Source: Bugula neritina | Lineage: Eukaryota; Animalia; Bryozoa | Direction: 5' to 3' | Assembly: GCA_964035545.1 (NCBI GenBank) | Contig: OZ037766.1 | Span: 10,096,722 to 10,160,721, forward strand | DNA: 64,000 nt | Made by a program: the position numbers and the translations under genes | Notes under the pieces: generated by a model | The model's input: only the letters and a program-made list of their open reading frames with translations | Databases searched by the model: none | What the model was told of the DNA's origin: nothing | In this document: positions 1-13,372 of the stretch, piece by piece | How positions within the stretch are numbered: the first letter of the stretch is position 1 | How the letters are laid out: each line of letters starts with the position of its first letter

Positions 1-745
1 CTCATCTTGTATAAACTCATCCTGTAGAAAAAAAGTTTTATAAAAAGATTTAGATGAAAATTGTGAAAAAAAAACATACTAAAGCATTAAACATTTGATA
101 ATACCACCATTGTTTTACATGCCAGGCAAAGTCGCCACAGATAAACCTAGCGACTATACTGAAGAGTTATAGCGATGACAAAACTATATTTAATATTGCC
201 AACTTATAGAGGTAGCCAAGTGCACTTGTTTAAATATCAAGTCAAGAACAATACTTATTTTCTTTGAGCCAGTGCATAAAAAGCAATTGAAAAGATTACA
301 TAAAATAAAACTTAGCTACCATAAAATTAAATACCTCTGTCTCAGTAGATGGTGCCTTGGGTTTTGCAGCAGTAGCTTTCCTATGTTTTATAACTGGTGC
401 TTTTGATGCCTTTCCAGTTTTGTGTGTTTTTTGCATTGTCCTCACTGGAATTGTATATACGACAACATATCTATGACTGTAGTAATGCAACGAAGAGCGT
501 ATTGTAATTTTGAAATTTAAAAGATGAAACACTTTATCCAAATGCATTCAAGTACTTACATCTATTTTTTGTTTCTAGTTGTCTCGCTCTGGCCTATAAA
601 TAAAAAATACCATGATTAGTTTTTAATCAGAAATCAAATTAAACATTTTTTACAAATCTAATGAAGTTGTGTTACTTACAGACTTTGTTGACTGCATATA
701 GCGAGGCAGAGACTTGGCCTGCTCCCACACTTCTTCTAGTGGCAT
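1..745 (-). CDS. Uncharacterised protein, 5' portion only (continues beyond the left edge)
   Basis: Four exons with GT-AG sites splice in phase: 745-680, 593-560, 444-335, 21-<1. They give MPLEEVWEQAKSLPRYMQSTKSARARQLETKNRLRTMQKTHKTGKASKAPVIKHRKATAAKPKAPSTETEDEFIQDE... No recognisable domain in the visible part. Confidence 0.7.
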
Positions 746-910
746 ACTTGATCTTGCAACCACAAAGAAATTAAATAAATATATAAATATTAAAATCAAA
801 TATTTAATTTTAAAATTGTAATATTATAATAATAAATGAACATTTATATTAAATTAATATTATAATTACATTTTATCAATAATTTCAATTTGCTTTAAAA
901 TCACTAAAAA

Positions 911-1435
911 GCTAAAAGTATCAGTATAACTATAAGTCTAAGTATAACTATAATTATAAGTAGTTTACTTTTACTCTTAGTACTATATAATAATAATATA
1001 AGTTATAACTATATTTATATTATTATTCATTAAATATCAAAATTACTAATACAGTAATGAGTAAATAATTAATAGTAAATCACTAAATGTAATACTAATA
1101 GTATTACTATTACTATTAGTATAGTAGTAATTGCATAGTAAGTAAGTAGTAGCAAAGTACTTAGTAGTATAGCAGTATTACTAGTAGTAGTACGTACTAG
1201 TAGTATAGTTATAGTAATACTATTAGTATTAGTATTAGTATTACTATTAGTATTACTAGTAAATATTAGTATTACTATTACATTTAGTTTTACTATTACA
1301 TTTACTATTAATTTATACTATTAGTATTACTATTAGCATTACTATTAGTATTAGTATTACTATTAGTATTAGTATAACTATAAGTATAAGATTAAGTATT
1401 AGTATAAGTATTAGTATCACTATCAGTATGAGTAT
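911..1435. repeat. 6-bp periodic low-complexity tract (AGTATT/ACTATT/AGTATA units)
   Basis: Runs such as agtatt agtatt agtatt actatt agtatt and agtata actata agtata, located between the putative promoter (~1650) and the first coding exon (745). Confidence 0.85.
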
Positions 1436-1650
1436 ATTTTCATTTTCAATTTTTAGATAAAATCATAACATATTCATATAATAATATAAGATATAAGTAC
1501 TGTATATGTATAGATTAGGGCTGATACTAATAATAGATAAAGCACTTTGCAGACCTTGAATAATCAATAGTATCACAATGATTGATGAATATTCTGCACT
1601 TCCAGTGGTAAAAGTATTTGTTATTGAATTTATAAAAGCGAATATTTGAC

Positions 1651-1819
1651 TTTCGCGCTTTTGCCCGCAGTGTTAGTGTTACGATCATAAATTTTACTTT
1701 GTACAAATTAACTTTGTAAATATTAGTAATTAAATAAATTTTTTATGTATTATTTATTATTTAATAAAAAATTATTTAATAAATATTATTTTCACTATTA
1801 GAATGGCGAATGGTTTGAA
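1651..1819. promoter_or_regulatory. Putative promoter of the left-edge gene with E2F sites and a CDE/CHR-like element
   Basis: TTTCGCGC at 1651-1658 (canonical E2F), TTTGCCCGC at 1660-1668, GGCGA-ATGG-TTTGAA at 1805-1819. Local CpG cluster in CpG-poor DNA. Confidence 0.45.
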
Positions 1820-3034
1820 GTCACTGTAACATTGCAAAGGGCAGATAACTATGACCCTACTTTATGCTTTATAGTTTGATTAATGAAGCATAAATACGTT
1901 TTAGTATGTACAAAATAATAATAGATAAATATATATTAATAATAGAGTAATTTTTGCACATCTTGGTACTACTTGTAGGCATTGATTTCGTAATTTCGAA
2001 ATCTAACTCATAATAATTGTCCAAATCAAGGCCAGACAGATGATTATCTCTTGTGTAGATGCATAATGCCTTGTTTTGCTTTACTTTATACATTGGATTT
2101 ATGTCTCATTGTTTGAACTTTGAAGTGCATGTTGAACATGTCAATTTTTGAGAATCACAAGCTAGTGTTGGATATTATGAACCTTTTTAATTAGCCAAAA
2201 TCGTTCATACTGTACCTTCAAAGTTCTGAGGGAGATAGTGTATGTAAAAAATTTTGAAAAGAATTTGCATGTTCTGAATGAGAAGCCTCACAAAGAAGAT
2301 ATGTTTTTATGAGATGTTCAACTAGAACCTCAAGTCAAAAGGTATATAGAAATTGAATGATTTCAGGCTATTAAAGTTTCTCCATTACTCATCTAAATGA
2401 AAGAAGTGATTTGATTCTTCTCAGTAAACTGCAGACCAAAATTAGAGCAGAAATATTATATTACAACTCAAGTCTAACTTTTAGATGGACATACTGGTGG
2501 ATAAATACAAGTTAGCAGCTTGCATATGGAGTATCTGAGAGTTATTCTATGTCATTAAGACCATCACAAGAATTTTAAGCCATCCAACCTAGAGATCACG
2601 TCCTACTTTCAAGAACTACACTAACAGCTATCTTATGTATAATACTAACTTACTGTGCACTGATAGAGCCCATTTCATATTGTGTTGTAATTGATTCAAC
2701 TGAAAATTTGGTAAGCAGTTTTACTTTAAAAAATTTAAGGGCTCTTAGCGCATTTAATCTGGTGATTTGTCTATTTTTTTAGAAATTGATTATACATTTC
2801 TATCTTATATGTATACAATGACAAAGTCACCGATATTTTATTGTATATTTGAATTATTTCAATGTTTTCAAATACTATAATTCCAAGTGAGAATGTAACA
2901 CGGATTCTAATAAATAATTATGGTAATAGTTAGGCAAATATAATAAAGTAAAGCGTCAAAACATGACAGAATAAAGCAATTTCTAATAGGATGCCTGGCA
3001 AACGCAATATTGAAATTTAGTAGTTGCCAAATTG

Positions 3035-4883
<1,849 letters not shown>

Positions 4884-5819
4884 AATTCAAGATTGAACAC
4901 TGTAATGCTATTATAACAGATACTGCAGTGCATTTGCTATACAATTATCATAATAATATTGACTGGATGCCCCATTGATTTAATTCACTGATATTATATG
5001 ACATACAATGAGTACTGCATACCCTTAATTTAAAATCTTTTCTTATATTTGATTTCAGAATATCTGAGCCTGTGCAATATATTCATTTTGTACAGCATAA
5101 TGAAGGAATTACCAACTCTGAATAATGGGATCATTGAAATGAATATTGTATAAAATAATAGCCTTACATTTGTGTACAGTAGAAGCAATCTTGGTATAAT
5201 TCTAGTATAATAGCACTCAATTTAGACCGCAATGTGTTTAGAAATATTATAACACTAATGTAATACCATTTGCGTCAGAGCTCCACTGATACCAGGAATT
5301 TTATTGTACATTTCTTTCCCATATTTACTTTGAGCAAAAACCAATCTAATGAGAATGTCTTATTTGTAAAATTTTTAAAACAACCATTTCATTAAAGTAC
5401 ACTCTTTTATTATTTAACAGTTTGAGTAAGCCTGAGAACTTAAAATATGCGACTTCCACAGCCCTGGGTTCCAATGCATCATTAAGTAAAATTGTAACTC
5501 ATTTTTATCCGCACTTGCATAGTATGGATGTTGAAGTACAGATTGTAGCTGTATGAGACTATACCTTTGCATTTTCTTTATATGATCACTGCAGCACGGA
5601 ATGTATGCCTAAACAGCTAAAATTTATTGAACTATTTAAGGCTCTATAGACAGCAGGTATATGATAGAATATAGATAATATACCATGCAGTACAATGCTG
5701 ATATCACTGTTATCTATATATAGGGGAGATGATAATAAAAAACTGTTGCCTTCAAGTATAAATAAAGAAGTAGGTGTCTTCAAAGGTCTCAGTTATTAAA
5801 TATGCTGGAAAAATAATAT

Positions 5820-5864
5820 ACACGCGCGCACACACACGCACACGCACACACACACACACGCACA
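5820..5864. repeat. Imperfect (CA)n/(CG) microsatellite
   Basis: acacgcgcgcacacacacgcacacgcacacacacacacgcaca. Confidence 0.85.
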
Positions 5865-7306
5865 TATATTAAAGCTTTTTAGAGATGTGTACTGTTGTTT
5901 TTTATATATTATTTAAAAACATATAAAACGAAATTATGCAAAAATTTAACAGTTTGCAACTGTTTCAATGTTGCTCTTAATAAATAGGTTTAAGGGTACC
6001 TCTGTGTGAAAAAAATTGCTTTAATTCAAAAACATGGTTTATTCAAGCATATATTTTAAAGAGGTATAGCAATAAAAATGAAAATTACTAATATTTTTGT
6101 AATGTGCTACCAAATAAAATGGAATGTGATAATAGTACTAGTAATCATGTATAGATGCAAAAAGCACCAAATCTGCGATAGATGTGACTGACTTATAAAG
6201 TGCACAACCACTACTCAAAGCAACAGCAAGAAACTATTTGAAGAAGTAAAACCTAGAGTTCTTTAAGCAGGATGAAACAAGCCCAACTGGTGACAAAAAT
6301 AACACAAAAGTAGTGTCTTCGTTGTATGACTAAATCGCCGAATGCAAACAGAAAAATTTTAGTAGCCCAAGTTCTTTAATCACTCTTATGCATATTAATG
6401 GTTTGGAGCATGGGATGAAATTCTTGTGAGAACATAACTTTTTTGCTCCTGTTTTCATATAGAACACAGCCTTTATACATTACCACAGTACTTACCTAGA
6501 CTTACAAAAAGAAGAATTTTATCCAAGCATTTTAGCACCAATATCTTGTTGCCTTTTTCCCCAGGCTACAACTTGTAACTTTATAGAAACCGAGCAGAAT
6601 TGGATGTCAAACGCACCATTCGCCTTAATCCTTTCGTGGATCATTTAATGCACTATTAGAGTCACCTTTTCTGGTAGGACAACAGAGTTTTGACTACATC
6701 AGCGCACGAAAGCTGCTTGATGTTTCTTGAACTAAATATAGAAAGGAATTAATGGAGGAGGGGAAATTGGGTTAGATACTAGCTAGTAGACTTAGAAAGA
6801 GCAATGATTGTTGTAATGCACTATTGTTGCTTCCAAATATCTTCAGCTGTTTTGGAATATTGCATTGCTGTTTCTAGTTTTTGTTTCAGCATAATAATGT
6901 TGCCCCTACAAATTAACTTTTCTTGGACGGTGAGAGAGTAGCAAGTAACTTTACTGTAGTACAATGTAGCCTAACTTTCAGTTCAAAAGCCGCTAGCCGT
7001 AAACGATACGTGTCCAAGTCATGCTCTATTGATAAAAGGGAATTCGGAAACTTGAATAATCTATTATCGCAAAGGCTGGGTTTTACAAGGATACAAAATT
7101 TCCATTTGCGTTGAGATAATACGCAATAAGTTGGCTGCTGTTCATTTGCCCTAGTTACTAAATCATGAGCACTGTTGCCAGTGAATAATGATGCTTGCTG
7201 AATTATAATTATTTACATCCACTGGTATGTACTGTGCTACTTGTAATATTACTGGATGTAAAGACTATATAGCTCTTAGTTTGAGCCAGAGTTGATAGAA
7301 CATAAA

Positions 7307-7343
7307 CTCTTTGGTGAGAAATTGAGGGCCCTGAAAAGGGCCC
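7307..7343 (-). promoter_or_regulatory. Histone-type 3' stem-loop plus histone downstream element (HDE) in the presumed PNRC 3'UTR
   Basis: The minus strand reads G GGCCCT TTTC AGGGCC CTCAATTTCTCACC AAAGAG TTT. The 16-mer at 7342-7327 is the canonical histone stem-loop, and AAAGAG (7312-7307) begins after a 14-nt spacer. The flanks (TTTG / CTCAA) differ from the usual CCAAA / ACCCA. Confidence 0.55.
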
Positions 7344-8012
7344 AAAAAAATTAAAAAAGTCCTAGTACAAATTAGGTCATACAAGGGCTATTAAAATGGT
7401 TTACAGTCAGAGTAACATAACTATGAACTAAATATTGTAATATTGAGCTAGGTTCTGTAAGTGTACATCAGTCAAACATAATATGTACACTGCCTATGTA
7501 CAAGTTGTAAATTATACAGTTAAACATAATTCTAGCCATAACAGGGCAGGCAATACACAAAAGCTAATTGAATATCGAAAGTTCTTACAAGCAACCGAGA
7601 AAATAAGTTTTAAATACGCTACCTTGGCTAGGTAAGTCTTGAAATAGAAAAAACTAAAGATTATAATTATGCTATTAGTGCATTCCGAAATTGCACAAAA
7701 TAGGTCTTGAACAAAATTACAGTCATTTACTTACACTACATTAGCATTAGAAACCACTAGTCTACATCAAGTGCATACCATGGAAAAATTAAAAGTAATA
7801 CTGTATAGGCATATCTTTGTTCAAAAAATTTACAAGTATCTAATAGATATGCATTATAAATATAGAAGCATGATAAACAGCAATTATAATACTAAATTAA
7901 TTAGCTATGCTGCTCCAATTGCAAAAATGATGAGAAATGGACTTGTCAGTAAGGCTATAAAAATATATCTGGGAATGAACATGTATAGCCAGCAAAGTAA
8001 CTGTCACCATAA

Positions 8013-8566
8013 CTAATTCTGCACTTTTAGGAGAGTCTTGAGCTGCATAGCTATTTGGTCATGAAGAACTGGCACACTGGAAGAAACCTGATGATTATCC
8101 AACTTGGGTGGAGTGCTGAGTATCCAGTGGTTTGGTGGTTTTGGCAAAGATTTTGGGGATGGTGGGTCATTAAACTTCGCACCAGCAAATAGGGTTTCTC
8201 CATCATCTGAGTATGGACTTAGTTGTCGTGATCTTGCTCCAGGAATTACTATTGGAGAACTGCTTTTGCCATTTAGCACTGCACATAAACTAGCCGACAT
8301 GTCTTCTTCCACTTTGACTTTGCTCTTTGGCTTTAGCAAGCCATGCTGCTTGTCTAAGCTACTCGACAGATTTTTAATAAGTTCGTCCCCAGATGGTGAC
8401 TTTCGCTTCAACAACAAAACACAATTTTCAACACTCAAGATAATTTAAAATTCAAATAATTACTACTTGAGGCCATCAAATAGAAAATTTGAGTCAGATT
8501 TTATAAGTGACAGATAGAAACCTTAGACTCTTTGCTAGAAGGATAAATTTTCTTTTCTTTCTTCAT
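8013..8566 (-). CDS. PNRC2: Proline-rich nuclear receptor coactivator (PNRC1/PNRC2-like; DCP1-binding decapping adaptor)
   Basis: Signature [22 protein letters not shown] and C-terminal LKTLLKVQ. The start is uncertain. Best model: exon 8566-8522 ([15 protein letters not shown], or from ATG 8602) spliced in phase 0 to 8405-8013, giving ~145 aa. Alternative: ATG 8300 (95 aa). Confidence 0.88.
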
Positions 8567-9384
8567 ACTGCCTTTTCCCACAAGCACTGTGATCTGACAC
8601 ATCAAATTGATTGCGACTTCTTATATAGTAAGCCTCTAGCAGATCTTAAATCTAAGGGCAACTGTAAAAGTAGTGAAAAAACATGGTTGACATAACACAA
8701 TAGAGCAACTCAACATATGTCTTCGTAACATGTACCAAGCAGTCATTTATTGTTGTCCACAAATCTACTGCTGTAGATTTATAAGTACATCAGCGAACTA
8801 TTTTAGTTGTAACAAAATATTTTATTCATTTTATTCTTTGAGTTATTTTACATAACTACATGCAGTCCATCTAAACTATTATCATTGTAATCTGAGTAAA
8901 ATTAAAAAGACAAAATACTTTCTCTAACTAATATCATGGTAATATAGCATTACAATTCAATACATTTTAAATTGAAACTTGCATCAAATTTCAGCGCTAG
9001 AAATGGCCATAAAAGCGCTAGGCAGGCTTATAGCAACTTACAAATCACTGAAGATGAGCAGACAATACTTATACGTGTGGCTAATGCTTTGGAGAGCTGT
9101 CACTTTAAAGCTGTGTGTTTCTGATGGTCCTTAGATGCAAGGATGGATCCTGACAAAGGCTTGTACTACTAGCAGAGGATGGTGCAGCCAAACTCAGTAT
9201 AAGTTAGATGAAGAGCTAAAGCAAACAGTACTGTAAATGTATATCCATAATCGTAGGGTATACACCATGCAACATCAAAATGAATATACATTACAATATA
9301 AGAAAGTTAACATGGTGATCTAATAACATCGCAATCAAACTGCCAAACTAACCAAAACTTAGCCTTAAGCGGGGAATTTATTAG

Positions 9385-9700
9385 CATGTTAGTATTGCTA
9401 TCAACACCATTACCATTACTGATTACCGACAGAATATTTTAAAATTCATGATTATATTAATTAACAATACCAGAATTTAATAACTAATTCAATATTATGA
9501 TAAATGATAATCATAGGACACAATTTGAATTTCATAATCATAATTATGAGTTTGAACTTGAAAATTGAAGTTCCAAAGTTTATCTTAGTCCGGAAACTAA
9601 AAGTCTATAACATTAACTATAAGTATATGTATAATACGTCTAAGTTAGAGACCATTAGTTTTTGTTACACTTACCAGTTATACTTAGTAATGGTATAATA
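9385..9700. repeat. 6-bp periodic low-complexity tract (degenerate; continues beyond the hAT insertion)
   Basis: agtatt gctatc aacacc attacc attact; agtttg aacttg; actata agtata. Confidence 0.55.
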
Positions 9701-9802
9701 TTAATTCAAATTACAGATAAATGATATTGATTTAATTTTATTTAATTCTTTTAACTTATAATATTAATAAATCGAATCAAAATTTATAATTTCTACCATT
9801 AC

Positions 9803-10963
9803 CAGGGTTGGGGTCAATTACATGTAAATGTAATTAATTACAATTACAATTACATGAAGATTTGTCAATTACAATTACAATTATAATTACAGTTAAAAAT
9901 AAATGTAATTAATTACAATTACAATTACATGGCAATGTAATTAATTACAATTACAATTACTTTTGTTCTCACAAGGAATAAATAGAAGTCACTTCTCGGG
10001 TCCAACTACCAGAGGCAATGTTGACAGTGGTGAACCTCTTTTGTTTTCTACAGTGATACTATTATGTCATTCCATACCAAATCAACCAACTTTTAAGGGG
10101 TCCCACGTCTTTGTGTCTCAGATTTTGCTCATATTTACACTAAATGGACCTACACATGTTCAGATTACCACTCGTGAATATTTCTGGTCTGACACAAAAA
10201 AATTTGAGAAATTACTACTTTGGTGAACAAAGGTTGGAAAATATTTTGAGGAAAATTTGTGATTTATACTTTTAGACCAATTTATAAGTAATTTAAAATT
10301 TGATTAGGCGAGTATTTGAAATTTTTCAAAATTTACAAAGATTTGTTCATATTCAATGACTTTGCATATATGCACACAAAGTATTCTGTAGTATGTGTTG
10401 CTACTAGTGCAAATTGATAGGTATTATCAAATCACACAGCAAATTTTAAGGCTAAGTCTAGAAAATTGATTGAGATATAGACGTTTATAAATTAGTCTAA
10501 AAGTAGAAATCACAAATTTTTCTCAAAATCTTTCTCAACCTTTGTCCACAAAAGTAGTCAGTTCTCAAAAAAAATTTGTGTCAGGTCAGAAATACTGAAG
10601 AAGAGTACATGAGGCACAGGTAGGTCTGTTTGGTGTAAACATGAACAAAATCTGAGACGCAAATAGACGCGGGCAATTCGGTGAGCTGGCATGGAATGAC
10701 CCTACTATATTGACCTAACTATCTGAACTTGTTATTTAACAGTAGGCATTGTAGAAAAAGAAGGAGTTTTTTAAGATTTAAAAGTTTGAAGTAATTGACA
10801 TGTAATTATAAAGTAATTGCAAAAATCAATTACATTAGATATGTAATTAATTACAATTACAATTACATTTTTAAACCTCAATTACAAATTACACTCAATT
10901 ACTTGAAAAAATGTAATTAATTACAGCCAATTACAATTACAAATTACAATTACCCCAACCCTG
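9803..10963. mobile_element. Non-autonomous hAT-type DNA transposon (MITE)
   Basis: Perfect 12-bp TIR CAGGGTTGGGGT...ACCCCAACCCTG, perfect 8-bp TSD ACCATTAC (9795-9802 and 10964-10971), subterminal AATTAC arrays at both ends, no transposase ORF. Confidence 0.92.
10064..10702. mobile_element. Long-TIR (foldback/Mutator-like) non-autonomous element nested in the hAT MITE
   Basis: About 220-bp imperfect inverted repeats (10064-~10288 vs ~10484-10702), e.g. gtcattccat...tgtctcagattttgctcatatttacac vs gtgtaaacatgaacaaaatctgagacg...atggaatgaccc. The flanks share TACTAT (imperfect TSD). Confidence 0.8.
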
Positions 10964-10971
10964 ACCATTAC

Positions 10972-11460
10972 CAATATAAATTCAAGATTCATTACATATT
11001 ATGATTATCATTATGACTACAGCTAATGTTATAACTCAATAAGTATAACTGTTATTGTTAATAATCTAAACACTAACAGTAAAACTAAATCAGTAAATGT
11101 ATGATAATCATAATAATAATGTAAATGATATTCATAACTAATACAACAATCTTAATCGTATTTTCATAATCACCGAGTCTGATGGTGATAGGCAGTAAGA
11201 GTGATACTGATAGACGATAGTGATACTGATAATCATAATGATAATGAATATCAATATATCATAAAATGATAAATGAATTTAAATGATGATTGTCAATTTT
11301 GAGTTTTACTACAGTACTGACAAAACGTGCAAACAAATCAACATGATGTTTATATAAACTATTGGTATTACAATGACATGATAGCAACCATTGTATTCAT
11401 TAGAATTAAATAAGACTATAATAATAACTAAATGTAATACAATAATAATATTAAATATTA
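10972..11460. repeat. 6-bp periodic low-complexity tract
   Basis: agtgat actgat aatcat aatgat; actaac agtaaa actaaa; actatt ggtatt. Confidence 0.7.
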
Positions 11461-11464
11461 ATAG

Positions 11465-11680
11465 CAAAATGTCCGCCCTCCTTGTTAGCAAAGTGGTGTA
11501 GGAATTCCTCTGTTCGCTAAACCCGTGAGCTGTTATTGATTTCTCTAGAAGATAGCCAATCAATGCGCTGCCTCTGAAATTGTGATCCTATAAAACTGCT
11601 CATATTAGTCACGTGTTCTATACATCTATTTTTATCCTGTAGGAAGTGATATCATTTGGGCGGAGTTATATAAAAAGAGT
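11465..11680. promoter_or_regulatory. Candidate (bidirectional) promoter between PNRC and RNF38/44
   Basis: GC boxes CCGCCC 11473-11478 and GGGCGG 11658-11663, CCAAT 11556-11560, E-box GTCACGTG 11608-11615, ETS AGGAAGTG 11641-11648, TATATAAA 11667-11674. A CpG-containing region extends to a donor GTAAGT at 12254 (probable non-coding exon 1 of the RNF gene). Confidence 0.65.
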
Positions 11681-12231
11681 GTTTTCAACCGTTTTCCACC
11701 CTATTTAAAAAATATAAGCCGTATAAAAATTATCGCTGAACTTTTTTTATTAAGTTAGAATAAAGTCCGCTAGAGTCATATTACTCGTAGTTTTATTGTA
11801 AGAACGGCAAATAATGTTGTATTTTTAGCTTCTCCAATAATAAGCTAAAACTAAAGCCATCCAGGCTGATGCAGAGGATCAGCAAAACCCTTAGTTATTC
11901 ACTCAAGCGAAAATTGATATCCCTAGCCTTGGGTTTTTCGTATTTCACCGGCCGACAGAGATACGCCAAGCTCCGTAAACAATTTTAGAAGTCTATGGAT
12001 ACGAATTCACTGGGCGTGTTCTATCATAAATGCAAATCAGAAAACCACTGTTAGTATAACTATAATAGACTATATAGCTGTTACTCGCGCATAGGTTGTC
12101 TTATGGCTGCGATATTTTAGTGACTGTGGGATTGAAAGCTTGGAGCGTGAAAGTTGCCATTGACTGAAAGTGAAACCGAAAGTCTTCACGAGAAGAAGAA
12201 ACCTGCCGAGTGAATGTTTTGGATTAGATTG

Positions 12232-13372
12232 AGCTGTAACACTAACTTCCACTGTAAGTTACACTCACACTGTCACTGTGTAAGCAGCACTACTCTAGGC
12301 CTAGCTCTAGCTCAAGCTGGTCAACATACTCAATGAGTCAACCTCATACATTAGTAATAGTAAATGTAATACTTATAGTTATATTTATAGTTATGCTATG
12401 ACTATCACTATCAGTATCGCTATGACTATGAGTATGACTATGACTATGAGTATCGCCATTAAATCATAAATGATTAATATGACTATGTAATGGTAAGTAA
12501 TACTAATAGTAATAGTAATAGTATCACTTTAAGTTTAAGTTTAACAATAACTCAGTTTAACTTTCAGTATCAGTATGACTATGAGTATCAAGTAATAGTA
12601 TTACTAATACTATACTAATACTATTAGTATTAAACATCAGTTGATTATGATAGTGATACCCAGTCCCACACTGACTGTCACACTGATACTGAGACATGAT
12701 ACACCCGTACTGCTGATAGTAATACTGATACTCATTCATAGTCACTTAGTGACTGATTCAGACTTACTCTTACTAGTCTTACAGTAAAACTCTTCTCTTA
12801 CTCTTAGTAAAAATAAAAATTAGTAATACTTAGTAGTTGAACTTTAATAATTATTATATTTAATTTTATAATATTAATTATGATTATCATATTCATTATA
12901 TTATTATTTGTAGATTAAGACTTAGATATAGTGATACTGATACTGGTAGTATTACTATTACTATTAGTTATAGTGAAGTTATACTAGAGTATTGGTTATA
13001 CTCATAGTGATGGTCATACTCATACTGAGTCTGATGGTTTCAAGTTAAAGTTTCATCTTAATTTTAAATAATTTGTATTCATTGTAATTGAATCAATAAA
13101 TATGAAAAATAATTGATACTTACTACTCAGAGTCAATGTGAGTGTTATAGTTATACTCATAGTCAGCATAAGTATGAGTGTCACCATCATGATATTAATT
13201 ATAGTCATAATGGTAATATTATTACTAATAATAATAATAAATACCTGTCGAATTTTTCTTCACACTAAACCTTTACTTTGCAATCACTGGGTTGAGTTAA
13301 ACTTAAAGTATAAGTTAAACTACTTGCTATGTTTAGTTTGAATTGCATATGCTAGTAGTGGTAATACTAATA
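12232..13372. repeat. 6-bp periodic low-complexity tract in probable intron 1 of RNF38/44
   Basis: actatc actatc agtatc gctatg actatg agtatg; agtaat actaat agtaat; acttta agttta agttta; actctt agt. Confidence 0.88.

Noticed and set aside
2140-2625. Coding-looking plus-strand stretch (possible pseudogene or decayed TE ORF)
   Set aside because: Stop density (about 8 in 150 codons) is close to AT-rich expectation and no motif was recognised.
8104-8448. 114-aa plus-strand ORF
   Set aside because: Antisense shadow of the PNRC coding exon.
13138-13341. Hydrophobic or low-complexity ORFs here and at 11309, 12557, 29323, 29359, 54454
   Set aside because: Arise from the 6-bp periodic tracts; no splice or homology support.
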